A program made the position numbers and the translations under genes. Shown piece after piece: positions 1 to 9,917 of a stretch of 64,000 nt of DNA (the stretch's first letter is position 1; the number at the start of each line of letters is the position of its first letter). The notes beneath the pieces were generated by a model, which saw only the letters and a list, made by a program, of their open reading frames with translations, made no database searches and was not told where the DNA came from. Location of the stretch: assembly GCA_018903255.1 (NCBI GenBank), contig JAHIQT010000054.1:15257-79256 (forward strand), in the 5' to 3' direction. The stretch is from Bacillota bacterium. GTDB lineage: Bacteria; Bacillota; Clostridia; Eubacteriales; Eubacteriaceae.

Positions 1-225
1 TTAGGTGTCGTCAGTGGTTTTGATATCTCAACCCTACTTTATGGTTTGTTTGCCGAAGGTTTTCTGGGCGCCTACACCACCTTTTCAACCTTTATGTTTG
101 AAGACTTTGTGCTGCTTCAGAATAACCGGATCCTCAGTGCGATTATCTATGTACTGGCCACGCTAGTCGTAAGCTTTCTGACTTTTTACGGTGGCTTCCT
201 AATTTTTGCATCACTACCTGGCTAA
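1..225 (+). CDS. crcB: Fluoride efflux channel CrcB/FluC, 3' part (truncated by window edge)
   Basis: Frame 1 reads ...GLFAEGFLGAYTTFSTFMFE...SLPG*, containing the CrcB GxxGxxTTFSTF signature; TAA at 223-225; not in the ORF track. Confidence 0.85.
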   Translation, partial: LGVVSGFDISTLLYGLFAEGFLGAYTTFSTFMFEDFVLLQNNRILSAIIYVLATLVVSFLTFYGGFLIFASLPG

Positions 226-240
226 ACGATCACACCACGA

Positions 241-277
241 AAAAAAACATCAAAGTTTAAGGCTTTGATGTTTTTTT
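241..277. terminator. Bidirectional intrinsic terminator
   Basis: aaaaaaacatcaaag...ctttgatgttttttt inverted repeat between convergent genes. Confidence 0.75.
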
Positions 278-391
278 GATTCTATTTTCGACTCTATCTT
301 ACCGGTGATGTCACCCTCTCTGCTTCATTAAAAATATTTTATACATCTTTCAGCGCTGGATACAAGCACTTTGCGAACATGATACTTGGTG

Positions 392-2704
392 CTAACCTGG
401 TTCCATCTTCGAAAAACAATAATCAATAAAAGCAACCGTTGTCAGCGGACGGCTGAAAAGATATCCTTGGATGAAATCACAACCGAATTTTTTCAGGAAT
501 TCCAGTTGTTCCTCCGTCTCGACACCCTCGGCAACAACCTGAATGCCCAGACCATGGATTATCGTAATCATCGATTCTGCAATCATTTGCTCCCGCTCAT
601 CGGTTACCATGTTACTAATCAGCGAGCGATCCAATTTAATAATATCCAGGGGCAGATCTTTCATACAACCAAAGGAAGAGTAGCCGGTTCCAAAATCATC
701 AAGCGCCAGTTTGACCCCCATTTGCTTTAATTCATAAAACACCTTGACGATTTCTTCGGTATCACGAATCAGGATGCTCTCGGTTATTTCTAGTTTAACA
801 AAGGCCGGTTTAATACCAGCCTGATAAATTCCGCTAGCGACCGACTCGACCAGCTCGGTACCCCGATTTTCAAATGACAATAGTGAAATATTAATGCTGA
901 CGGTCATTTCGGTAATGCCCATTTCTTGCCAGTTTCTAACCGCTTGACAAGCTTCCCGGATGACCCAGTCGGTAATTGGAATGATCAATTTGCTTTTTTC
1001 AGCGATCGGGATAAAGTCAGCCGGCGAAATCCTCCCCAGATAGGGGTGATTCCATCGTAACAGCGCTTCAGCGTGATTAAACACCCCCTTGTTAATGTCA
1101 TAAATGGGCTGAAAGTGGAGCTCAAATTCTCCTTTTTCAAGGGCGACTTTCATATCTTTTTCCAAGATTGCTTCCCGGGTTCGGGTTTGATCCATTTCTG
1201 GTACATAGACAACGATTTTATTTCTTTCTTTTTTGGCCGCATATAAAGCCGTATCAGCATTTTTAACGGTTTGTTCGAGGCCTTCTGTTTCTGATCCAAA
1301 ACTGATGCCAATGCTAGCGGTTAAATAGAAAAGCCGCCTTGCCACCATAAACTGGGTCGAGATTGACTTAAACACCTGCGATGCCAACTGCTCAACAAAC
1401 TGCCAATCATGGGACTCGACAATAATGACATACTCATCACCGCCATAGCGATAAACTAAGCCACTGATACCAACGCATTTGAGGATTTTACTGGCCATTT
1501 CCAGAAGCACCTGATCGCCCTCATGATGGCCAAGCGCGTCGTTGATCACCCGGAAATTATCAATGTTGACAAGGATGACTGACTTTTTGCCTTTTTTTGC
1601 TTTTACATCCGCAAAACTTTTACTAAGCGCCTTGCGATTCAATAAACCGGTCAGCGGATCATGAAAATCAATATAGCGGATTTCTTCTTCTTTCAATTTT
1701 CGTTCATTAATGTTACGGCTGGAACTGACAATCTCGATCTCACCCAAGCCATTATAGCGATATCGCGATGAGGTCTCGACCCAAATAATCTCACCATTCT
1801 TACATGGTTGCTGAACCTCATAAATGTAACGCTTCGGGTTGTCAGGTTCGGCAATAAACTCCTGGGTGGTGCGGGAAATTTCTTCCATAAAGTGATGGCC
1901 ACTGTCAAATGCCAGCTTATCGACAAAGTGCTGAGCCATCGCTTCTTCGACAGTAAAACCGCGCAAATCCTCGATTGATGGGCTGATATAGACAAATTTT
2001 CCGGTACTGACATTGTACACCCAGATCACATCCGCGGTGGTATCGGCCAACAACCGATATTTTTCTTCGCGTTCGGCAATCAAAGTCTTCGATTCGATAA
2101 TTTTTTGAGTCTGGCTTTCCAACCCATCAAAAATCATTGTGAATAAATAGCTTAAAACCAAGATGACAATCTGTGCTGTGAAGGCATTGACCAGCCAGTA
2201 GTTGTTAAATACTTCAATCGCCAGACCGTTGAAAACATCCAAATAAAGCAGCACAGTCAAAATTACGAAAACATTCAAATTAATGGTGAAAAATATCCGA
2301 TTCCGTTTTTTATTTAACAGCGCTACCGACAACACAAACGAAAAAACCACACTGATCATCCCGGCACCATAGGGGCCGGTATAAACAAGCAAGACGATAC
2401 TGATCACATAGATGCTCAAAATAATCAGAAATTTTCTAGTATCCGTTCGCAACTTTTTATTATAGATTGCAAAAACAATGACCAAAAAAACCATCGCTTC
2501 AACCATCGCCAGAATAACATATCCATCGGTATAAAACAGATATGATCCGTAAAGAAGGATCGGGCCGCCTAAAAATATTAAGAAAAACGACAGCAAGGAA
2601 AAGATTTTATTGCTCCAAAATTCAATGCCGGTAGTGTCCTCACTGGCAACTGCATTTTGATTAATCACTGAATCAAAAAATGCTTTTATTTTCTCTCTAT
2701 TCAT
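392..2704 (-). CDS. Membrane-anchored PAS-GGDEF-EAL diguanylate cyclase/phosphodiesterase
   Basis: N-terminal hydrophobic helices, PAS-like segment, DPLTGLLN and RYGGDEY, EALLRW and DDFGTGYSS. Confidence 0.9.
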   Translation of the reverse strand: MNREKIKAFFDSVINQNAVASEDTTGIEFWSNKIFSLLSFFLIFLGGPILLYGSYLFYTDGYVILAMVEAMVFLVIVFAIYNKKLRTDTRKFLIILSIYVISIVLLVYTGPYGAGMISVVFSFVLSVALLNKKRNRIFFTINLNVFVILTVLLYLDVFNGLAIEVFNNYWLVNAFTAQIVILVLSYLFTMIFDGLESQTQKIIESKTLIAEREEKYRLLADTTADVIWVYNVSTGKFVYISPSIEDLRGFTVEEAMAQHFVDKLAFDSGHHFMEEISRTTQEFIAEPDNPKRYIYEVQQPCKNGEIIWVETSSRYRYNGLGEIEIVSSSRNINERKLKEEEIRYIDFHDPLTGLLNRKALSKSFADVKAKKGKKSVILVNIDNFRVINDALGHHEGDQVLLEMASKILKCVGISGLVYRYGGDEYVIIVESHDWQFVEQLASQVFKSISTQFMVARRLFYLTASIGISFGSETEGLEQTVKNADTALYAAKKERNKIVVYVPEMDQTRTREAILEKDMKVALEKGEFELHFQPIYDINKGVFNHAEALLRWNHPYLGRISPADFIPIAEKSKLIIPITDWVIREACQAVRNWQEMGITEMTVSINISLLSFENRGTELVESVASGIYQAGIKPAFVKLEITESILIRDTEEIVKVFYELKQMGVKLALDDFGTGYSSFGCMKDLPLDIIKLDRSLISNMVTDEREQMIAESMITIIHGLGIQVVAEGVETEEQLEFLKKFGCDFIQGYLFSRPLTTVAFIDYCFSKMEPG

Positions 2705-2841
2705 CGGTGTATCCTCTTTAGCTTGTCTGTCTATTTAAAAAATTGCTGTGCCTATCCTAAAAATAAAGTGCTACGTAACTTGTCTTTTTGAATTGTCACT
2801 TTTCTGGTTGTAACTAGTATGTGTTGTCTCTGTTATAATGG

Positions 2842-3810
2842 CTAGCGATTTACTACATTCCGTTTTTCACCAGTAAGAAAACAGGCCAGATTATCAACGG
2901 CAATATCCATCAATCGTTGCCGGCTTTCCCGGGGTGCCCAGGAAATATGCGGCGTAATGATGATATTTTTGGCCTCGAGCAATGGGTTGGTTAGTCTGAT
3001 CGGCTCGCTAGATACCACATCGACCGCCGCGCCACCCACCTTACCGCTATTGAGGGCATCACGCAAATCCTCTTCAACAATCAGCTGGCCGCGGGAATTA
3101 TTGATAATTAAAACGCCATCCTTCATTTTTTTAATATTTTCAGTATTGATGATACCCCGGGTCTCGTCAAAAAGCGGACAATGAAGAACAATCACATCGG
3201 CTGATACAAACAATTCATCCTGAGTGACGTATTGACAGGTTTCTGATTCCAACTCCGGCTGTTTATCAAGATCATTAGCCAGCACCTTCATCCCCAGCGC
3301 CTGAGCAATATGACCAGTGCGCTGACCGATTTTACCAAAGCCAATAATCCCCATCGTTTTTCCACTCAGTTCAATCAGCGGATAATTCCAGTAGCTCCAA
3401 TCGGGGTTATTGGTCCAGTCACCAGAAAGTACTGACGCCGAATGATCGCCAATCCGGTGGCACAATTCCATCAGCAGGGCGATCGCAAATTGAGACACCG
3501 CATTCGTACCATAGCTGGGAATATTGGTCACAGCTATAAACCGTTCTTTGGCCGCAAGGACATCAACGATGTTGTAACCGGTGGCTAGCACCCCGATATA
3601 TTTGAGCTGTTGGCAGACTGCCAATGTTTCTTTGGTGATCGGGGTTTTGTTGGTAAACACGATTTCGGCAGTGCCGATCCGCTTAACAACCTCGACTTCC
3701 GCCGTCCGATCATAAACCGTAACCGCTCCCAATTTTTTAAGACCATCCCAGCTGAGATCGCCAGGATTTAATGCATATCCATCCAATACGACTATTTCCA
3801 TTTTTGTCAC
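2842..3810 (-). CDS. D-2-hydroxyacid dehydrogenase (glycerate dehydrogenase-like)
   Basis: VVLDGYALNPGDL start, GIIGFGKIG Rossmann motif, INNSRG, ITPHISW. Confidence 0.9.
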   Translation of the reverse strand: MTKMEIVVLDGYALNPGDLSWDGLKKLGAVTVYDRTAEVEVVKRIGTAEIVFTNKTPITKETLAVCQQLKYIGVLATGYNIVDVLAAKERFIAVTNIPSYGTNAVSQFAIALLMELCHRIGDHSASVLSGDWTNNPDWSYWNYPLIELSGKTMGIIGFGKIGQRTGHIAQALGMKVLANDLDKQPELESETCQYVTQDELFVSADVIVLHCPLFDETRGIINTENIKKMKDGVLIINNSRGQLIVEEDLRDALNSGKVGGAAVDVVSSEPIRLTNPLLEAKNIIITPHISWAPRESRQRLMDIAVDNLACFLTGEKRNVVNR

Positions 3811-3879
3811 CTGTTCCTGTGTAAATTTGGCTCTTATTTATACCAATGCTTTATATCGATGCTGCAACTACAGCTCTCC

Positions 3880-4203
3880 TTATTCGGGCAGCACATCCGG
3901 TGGCGGCGCCTTGATTAAAATCAACTCGAGGGTTTCCGGATTAAAGTTATTAAGAATCATCTTGGTATTTGATGGTATTTTTAATACCGTGCCTGCCGGA
4001 TAAGCGTAATAATCCTGATCACCCAGCTGCAGCGAAACTATTCCCCGCATCACCGTCATATACACCACAGCATTAGTATAATGCTCGGGAAATCCATCAC
4101 TCTGATTAATAATCACATGCATGTAATGAAGGTTTTCATCCAGAATTACCTTTTCAACGACCTTCTCATTTCCACCTGTTAGTGTAAAAATCTGCTCAAT
4201 CAT
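3880..4203 (-). CDS. Cupin-domain protein
   Basis: FPEHYTNAVVYMTVMRG cupin-like motif; AAAGGAG RBS favours the ATG at 4203. Confidence 0.7.
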   Translation of the reverse strand: MIEQIFTLTGGNEKVVEKVILDENLHYMHVIINQSDGFPEHYTNAVVYMTVMRGIVSLQLGDQDYYAYPAGTVLKIPSNTKMILNNFNPETLELILIKAPPPDVLPE

Positions 4204-4261
4204 ATTGTTTTCTCCTTTTCTTTTCACTCCTACGTTCATTCCAATCTACGATGTAAATATT

Positions 4262-4286
4262 ATACCCACATTTAAGCGGTTTAAAA
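4262..4286 (-). promoter_or_regulatory. SigB-like promoter upstream of the cupin gene
   Basis: TTTTAA-N13-GGGTAT on the minus strand. Confidence 0.5.
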
Positions 4287-4336
4287 AGACCGAACCATTA
4301 ATATTTGCATTGGTTATGGTCTTTTTTCGAACATTC

Positions 4337-4369
4337 TTGATAGAATCAACCTTTGGTTGATTCTATCAA
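4337..4369. promoter_or_regulatory. Perfect 15-bp inverted repeat, candidate operator
   Basis: ttgatagaatcaacc-ttt-ggttgattctatcaa in the divergent region upstream of the XRE regulator; no U-tract. Confidence 0.5.
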
Positions 4370-4436
4370 CCATAATCAACTGAAAATCGATTGAACTTTT
4401 TTGCAAAAGCTTTTATAATCATAGTGAGGTGATGAA

Positions 4437-5564
4437 ATGAAGGAAATTAATATTGGAAAAATTATTGTCGCTAAACGCCGTGAAAAAGGTCTGACCCAAG
4501 AAGATCTGGCCGCTTATATTGGGGTTTCTAAGGCTTCGGTTTCGAAATGGGAAACCGGTCAGAGCTACCCAGATATAACCTTGCTGCCCCAGCTTGGCGC
4601 CTACTTTAATATCAGCATCGATGATCTGATGGGTTATTCTCCGCAGCTGACTGCGACCGACATCAAAAAACTGTATCATCGGCTAGCTGATGATTTTGCC
4701 GCTAAACCGGTGGCGGAGGTACTGGCCGATTGTCAGGCCATCATTAAAAAGTATTACTCCTGTTTTCCACTGTTACTGCAGATGGCGGTGCTCTTTGCCA
4801 ACCATCATATGTTGGCGGCAGACCCGGAGGGTGCCAAGGCATTGCTGGAAAATGCCGTAAATCTGTGCCAGCGGATTAGAAACGAAAGTGATAACATGAC
4901 CCTATCCCGTGATGCACTGGCGGTTGAGGGCACCTGCTATCTGATGCTTAATCAACCCGCGCAGGTGATGGAACTGTTTGGTGAAACTGTCCGCCCCTTC
5001 CCCACTGATACCGAAATGCTGGCTCAGGCCTATCAGATGGCAGGTAACCCCGATAAAGCCAAACAGGTCTTGCAGATCAGTATCTATCAACATCTGCTGA
5101 TGCTCGTTTCAACGGCACCATCCTACCTGATCTTAAACGCCAGTGATCTTAACCGGGTCGAAACAATTTTAGCCCGAACCCTGGGGGTCGCCGAGCTTTA
5201 TCAACTCGATGCCCTCCACCCCAATACCATGGCACAGGTTTACTACGCCGCTGCCCAAGTCTATGCCATCCATCAGGACGCCGACACCGCGCTTGCTTAT
5301 CTGGCCGATTATACCGAGGTCTGCGTATCAGATTTTTTCCCCTATACCCTCCATGGCGATGATTATTTTGACCAGATTGAGCCCTGGTTTGCCGATTTTG
5401 ACCTAGGGGTGGGCGCTCCCCGCAGCGACGAGGTGATCAAGCAAAGTATGCTAAACGGACTGCTAGCCAACCCCCAGTTTGAATTTTTTAAAGCCGATCG
5501 GCGCTTTCTAAAGCTAATTAAACAATTAGAAGAACACTTAAATACGAAAGGAGTCACACAATGA
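4437..5564 (+). CDS. XRE-family HTH transcriptional regulator with long helical C-terminal domain
   Basis: RREKGLTQEDLA...VSKASVSKWETGQSYPD; GAGGTG RBS. Confidence 0.85.
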   Translation: MKEINIGKIIVAKRREKGLTQEDLAAYIGVSKASVSKWETGQSYPDITLLPQLGAYFNISIDDLMGYSPQLTATDIKKLYHRLADDFAAKPVAEVLADCQAIIKKYYSCFPLLLQMAVLFANHHMLAADPEGAKALLENAVNLCQRIRNESDNMTLSRDALAVEGTCYLMLNQPAQVMELFGETVRPFPTDTEMLAQAYQMAGNPDKAKQVLQISIYQHLLMLVSTAPSYLILNASDLNRVETILARTLGVAELYQLDALHPNTMAQVYYAAAQVYAIHQDADTALAYLADYTEVCVSDFFPYTLHGDDYFDQIEPWFADFDLGVGAPRSDEVIKQSMLNGLLANPQFEFFKADRRFLKLIKQLEEHLNTKGVTQ

Positions 5565-6478
5565 AACGAATTGGAATATTTTTAGGGATAACTTTTTTTC
5601 TAACCTGGAGCCTCGCATTTGCCTTAATGGCTAATGGCGGTTTGACCAGCGATTATGCTATCTTTGTGCTATCGGCAATCATGCTGCTGCCGGCTATCGG
5701 GGTGGTGGCGACCCGGCTAATTACCAAAGAAGGCTTTAAGAATTTTGGTTTAAAGCCCAACTTTAAAGGGAATATCCGCTATTATCTGGCGGCCTGGTTT
5801 GGTCCGGCGCTGCTGATTGCTTTGGGCGGGCTGATCTATTTTCTATTGTTTCCCAGTCAGTTTGACCCCACCATGAGTCAGATGGCCGAACTTTATGCCG
5901 CTCAAGGACTTGACCTGCCTGACGACGGCCTGTTAACGATTATGATCAGCCAAGTGGTGCTGGGAATTTTTTTAAGCCCATTACTAAACATTATTACTAC
6001 TTCTGGTGAGGAAATCGGCTGGCGTGGTTATCTGCTGCCAAAACTGATGGAAATCTACAGCCCCCGCCTTGCGATTGTCATTTCTGGAATCATCTGGGGA
6101 CTATGGCATGCCCCGGTCATAGCCATGGGTCATAATTACGGCACCGGCTATCCCGGCGCACCCTGGGGTGGGATTCTGGCAATGATTTGCTTTTGCTTAG
6201 TGATTGGCGCCTTTTTCTCATTGCTGGCGATCCGTACCAAAAGCTTTTTACCAGCCTCAATCGCCCATGGTTCGCTAAACGGATTTGCCGCTATTGCAAT
6301 CTGGTTTACCCTCGGAAATCCCAGCCCCTTTATCGGCCCCTCACCAACTGGGATCATTGGCGGAATCGGCTTAATTGTGGTCGGAATTCTGTCATTTATC
6401 TGGGTCGGCCGTAAGAATAGCGCTGTGAATTATCAAGGATCTGCTACTGCTGATCTTAAGTTTAATTTAGTAGAATGA
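5561..6478 (+). CDS. CPBP (Abi/CAAX-type) intramembrane metalloprotease
   Basis: GEEIGWRG, WGLWH and HGSLN motifs; multi-TM; ATGA overlap with the XRE gene. Confidence 0.9.
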   Translation: MKRIGIFLGITFFLTWSLAFALMANGGLTSDYAIFVLSAIMLLPAIGVVATRLITKEGFKNFGLKPNFKGNIRYYLAAWFGPALLIALGGLIYFLLFPSQFDPTMSQMAELYAAQGLDLPDDGLLTIMISQVVLGIFLSPLLNIITTSGEEIGWRGYLLPKLMEIYSPRLAIVISGIIWGLWHAPVIAMGHNYGTGYPGAPWGGILAMICFCLVIGAFFSLLAIRTKSFLPASIAHGSLNGFAAIAIWFTLGNPSPFIGPSPTGIIGGIGLIVVGILSFIWVGRKNSAVNYQGSATADLKFNLVE

Positions 6479-6485
6479 TTTTAAG

Positions 6486-6514
6486 TTGACATAATGATAG
6501 AGCTTTGATATAAT
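6486..6514 (+). promoter_or_regulatory. Consensus sigma-A promoter
   Basis: TTGACA (6486-6491)-N17-TATAAT (6509-6514), perfect match. Confidence 0.85.
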
Positions 6515-6519
6515 GTATC

Positions 6520-6786
6520 CAATAAAGTTGTGAAGTATATACTTTGAGTAGTTTTTCTGGTGAGCTTGTTTACGTGTTGTGAACGTGGAAATATGTAAGC
6601 CGGAAGCTTAATAAATGAAATCTGTATAAAAAAACATTTTTATGGAACTGGGGCTTGTGTAGGATCGTGAGGTCATACACTATACTATTGGGCATTTTGC
6701 CATAAATGGTATATTGTGAGTTATTTATATAGCGAAGCTAGGGCACTCTAACTCTGTATTTTCAGAGTTAGAGTGCCCTTTTTTTT
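6520..6786 (+). ncRNA. Structured leader/attenuator or small RNA, family not identified
   Basis: Non-coding ~270 nt between a perfect promoter and a strong terminator, with several hairpins, upstream of an amino-acid ABC operon. Confidence 0.5.
6740..6786 (+). terminator. Intrinsic terminator ending the leader
   Basis: 17-bp perfect stem agggcactctaactctg/cagagttagagtgccct followed by a T-run. Confidence 0.85.
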
Positions 6787-6954
6787 ATAAAATTTATCCA
6801 TATTTATAAAACTATCCCCCTGTCGAGTGATTGACATCCAGGTTTTAATATCCAACTAAGTTGGATATTAAAATCCCGGTTCAATATAAATTAATACCAA
6901 CTGGCTAAAAAATCGTAAGACGTTCTTTCGATTAGCCAAAACGAGGAGGAAGAA

Positions 6955-7746
6955 ATGAAAAAGAAAAGATTAACTGTACTGGCGTTAGGTGCCCTATTGG
7001 CTCTTGTACTCAGTGGATGTACCGGATCATCCAGCGACGAAAGCACTTATTCAAAAATTATCGAAAAAGGTGAAATGACCTTTGCCATGACTGGTGCTTA
7101 CCCGCCCTTTAATTATATTGATGCGAACGGTGATCTGGCTGGCTTTGATATTGAAATTGCTCATGGCATTGCCGAAAAAATGGGCGTCACCGCAACCCCT
7201 ATTACCGTTGAATGGGACGGTATCATTGGTGGACTGACCGGTAATCGCTTTGATATGATCATCGGTAGTATGGCGGTTACTGATGAACGGCTTAAAGAGG
7301 TTAGTTTTACCGATCCTTACTATTATGATGGGGCACAATTTTTTGCTAAAGCCGGTTCGGGATTAAACAGTATTTCCGAATTAGACAATGGCAAGGTTGG
7401 CGTCGTCACTGGCACCACCTTCCATGAATATTTGCAAGGCATGGACAACATCGCTGAAACACTCCAGTTCCAAAGCGATGTCGATAATTTCAAAAGCGTT
7501 GATCAGGGTCGTTCTGATGGGCTAGTTACCAGCAAGGTCGTTGGTGCTCGCGCACCAATTGATTATGGGGTCGCTATTGAACCAGTTGGTGATCTGCTTT
7601 ATACCGAAAACATTGCCATTGCTATTCGTCAAGATGATACCGAACTGCTAGCAGCTGTTAACACTGCCCTGGCGGAAATGATTGCAGATGGCAGCTATGA
7701 AGAAATCAGCAACCGCTGGTTTGGCATGAACATTCTTGAAAAATAA
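6955..7746 (+). CDS. Polar amino-acid ABC transporter substrate-binding lipoprotein
   Basis: Lipobox LSGC, YPPFNY, GFDIEIA, family-3 SBP pattern. Confidence 0.9.
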   Translation: MKKKRLTVLALGALLALVLSGCTGSSSDESTYSKIIEKGEMTFAMTGAYPPFNYIDANGDLAGFDIEIAHGIAEKMGVTATPITVEWDGIIGGLTGNRFDMIIGSMAVTDERLKEVSFTDPYYYDGAQFFAKAGSGLNSISELDNGKVGVVTGTTFHEYLQGMDNIAETLQFQSDVDNFKSVDQGRSDGLVTSKVVGARAPIDYGVAIEPVGDLLYTENIAIAIRQDDTELLAAVNTALAEMIADGSYEEISNRWFGMNILEK

Positions 7747-8007
7747 GAAACTTTGTGTTCAGGCAGTCCGGAGCTCTTCCGCACTGTCTGAATCGCATTA
7801 AACCTTTTTACGTAGTTATCTAAATTTCGAATCACAATTTAACTAAATTAAAACTGTGACATCCGTATTTTTTTTAGAGAGAGGATACGGATGTCATCAT
7901 TTTATGGTTATTCTAATTAATTTTAAAGCTAATGCTAATGCTAATTAATACCAATTCAATTTAATACTAAATCTAAGTAATACTTATTTAAAAACAGGAG
8001 GTATCCA

Positions 8008-8697
8008 ATGGATGCGATCATAATTCTATTTAACAATAGTATCGAATTTTTTAAAACCGTTGTCGAGTTTGCGCCTAAATTTATTCCCGGCGTTATCTTA
8101 ACCCTGCAGCTGGCCTTCTTTTCGATCATTCTGGGGATGATCATCGGTCTGGTGGTAGCCGTTTTAAAACTGACTAAATATAAGTGGCTAAAAAAAGTAA
8201 TGAACGTCTATATTACAATCGTCCGCGGAACACCGCTTTTACTCCAATTGTATTTTATTTTTTACGGACTACCTAGCATGGGAATCATGATTGACTCTTT
8301 CCCCTCTGCGGTAATTGCCTTGGCCCTGCATAACGGTGCCTATATCAGTGAAATCTTCCGTGGTTCGATTGAATCGATCGACTATGGTCAGCGCGAAGCC
8401 GCCCGCTCGTTGGGAATGACCAAATGGCAGGCGATGAAACGGGTGGTACTGCCCCAGGCCTTTAAGCGATCCGTACCAGCTTTGGGAAATCAGTTTATCA
8501 TCGCGGTCAAGGACTCCTCCCTGGCCAGTGTTATTACGATTACCGAAACGATGTTACTAGCACGACAATTTGGCGCCGCCACCTTTAATGTATTCCCGAT
8601 TTACTTTACTGCCGGGATATACTATCTGATCATTACCATGGGGCTAACCAAAATTCTTAGTATCGTCGAACAACGGTTGAAAGTGAATGAGAGGTAA
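8008..8697 (+). CDS. Polar amino-acid ABC transporter permease
   Basis: RGTPLLLQL, AYISEIFRG, GQREAARSLG (EAA motif). Confidence 0.92.
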   Translation: MDAIIILFNNSIEFFKTVVEFAPKFIPGVILTLQLAFFSIILGMIIGLVVAVLKLTKYKWLKKVMNVYITIVRGTPLLLQLYFIFYGLPSMGIMIDSFPSAVIALALHNGAYISEIFRGSIESIDYGQREAARSLGMTKWQAMKRVVLPQAFKRSVPALGNQFIIAVKDSSLASVITITETMLLARQFGAATFNVFPIYFTAGIYYLIITMGLTKILSIVEQRLKVNER

Positions 8698-8700
8698 ACA

Positions 8701-9426
8701 ATGAGCATGATTGAAATTAAAAACTTGCATAAATATTTTGGTGAATTGGAAGTCCTGCGCGGCATCGATTTAACCGTCGATGAAAGTGAGGTCGTCTGCT
8801 TGATTGGCTCTAGCGGCTCGGGAAAAAGTACGCTGCTACGCTGCATCAATTTTCTAGAAGAAAAAAACGAGGGCGAAATCTACATCGATGGCCAATTGGT
8901 TGCCTCAAAAGATATCAATGAAATCCGTCAAAAGGTGGGGATGGTTTTTCAGCGTTTTAACCTTTTCCCCCATATGACAGTTATTCAGAACGTCATGGAA
9001 GGGCCCATTACCGTTAAAAAAATGGATAAGAAAAAAGCCCACTCGCTGGCGATGGATCTACTGGATAAGGTCAACCTGCTCGATAAGGCTGACGAATACC
9101 CGGCCATGCTTTCCGGCGGACAGCAGCAGCGGGTAGCGATTGCCCGTTCGCTGGCGATGGAGCCAAAGGTAATTCTTTTTGATGAACCAACCTCAGCGCT
9201 CGACCCGGAGCTGGTTGGCGAGGTCTTGGGGGTTATGAAAGATCTGGCTAAAGAAGGCCGAACGATGATTATTGTGACCCATGAAATGGGCTTTGCCAAA
9301 GAGGTAGCCGACCGGGTCATCTTTATTTCTGAAGGTCTGATTGCTGAAGAAGGCTCCCCTGAAGATATTTTTGATCGCCCTGAAAGCGAACGCTTACAAA
9401 ACTTTTTAGGGCAAATTTTGGTATAA
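8701..9426 (+). CDS. Polar amino-acid ABC transporter ATP-binding protein (GlnQ-like)
   Basis: [32 protein letters not shown]. Confidence 0.95.
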   Translation: MSMIEIKNLHKYFGELEVLRGIDLTVDESEVVCLIGSSGSGKSTLLRCINFLEEKNEGEIYIDGQLVASKDINEIRQKVGMVFQRFNLFPHMTVIQNVMEGPITVKKMDKKKAHSLAMDLLDKVNLLDKADEYPAMLSGGQQQRVAIARSLAMEPKVILFDEPTSALDPELVGEVLGVMKDLAKEGRTMIIVTHEMGFAKEVADRVIFISEGLIAEEGSPEDIFDRPESERLQNFLGQILV

Positions 9427-9563
9427 AACGGCTTTTTTCAAGCTGTTTAGACAATCTTCAAGCAATCTTTTTTGATCTGCCTGTCATTAAGTGTTATACT
9501 GGATGTGTTAGTTATTTAATCATTCATTTATTTATTTATCTATTTATATCGGGGGGGAAATCA

Positions 9564-9917
9564 ATGAAGTTACTTGTTTATGTCTTAAGCCAGCCTGACA
9601 AGCTGGATTCACTATTGGCGGCATTGGCATCGAAGCAAATATGCGGTGCTACGGTGCTGGAAAGTCGGGGCATGGCTCGTCACCTGAGCCATCTCCATGA
9701 TGCTGATGAAATTCCCATTCTTGGTTCGTTAAGATCCTTTCTCCATCCTGATGTGACTCAGGGCAATCTAATTTTTGTGATTCTTGAAGATCAAAAAATA
9801 GCCCAGGTCATCGAGGTAATTGAAGCCACGGTAGCTAACCTGGAGGAGCCGGATTCGGGAATTGTCTTCACGATACCAGTAGATTTTGCGAAAGGTTTGT
9901 GTTCAATTGGAAGCTAG
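9564..9917 (+). CDS. PII-like (GlnB-fold) small protein
   Basis: GATVLESRGM and C-terminal GIVFTIPV, PII-superfamily pattern. Confidence 0.65.
   Translation: MKLLVYVLSQPDKLDSLLAALASKQICGATVLESRGMARHLSHLHDADEIPILGSLRSFLHPDVTQGNLIFVILEDQKIAQVIEVIEATVANLEEPDSGIVFTIPVDFAKGLCSIGS

Noticed and set aside
6520-6740. Assignment as canonical T-box, lysine, SAM or raiA-motif RNA
   Set aside because: Diagnostic cores (UGGNACC, AGAGGNGC, SAM-I core, raiA conserved blocks) not found; left unclassified
9524-9548. Short (ttta)n run; also (gctaat)x3 near 7928-7945
   Set aside because: Low-complexity AT-rich sequence with no evidence of function
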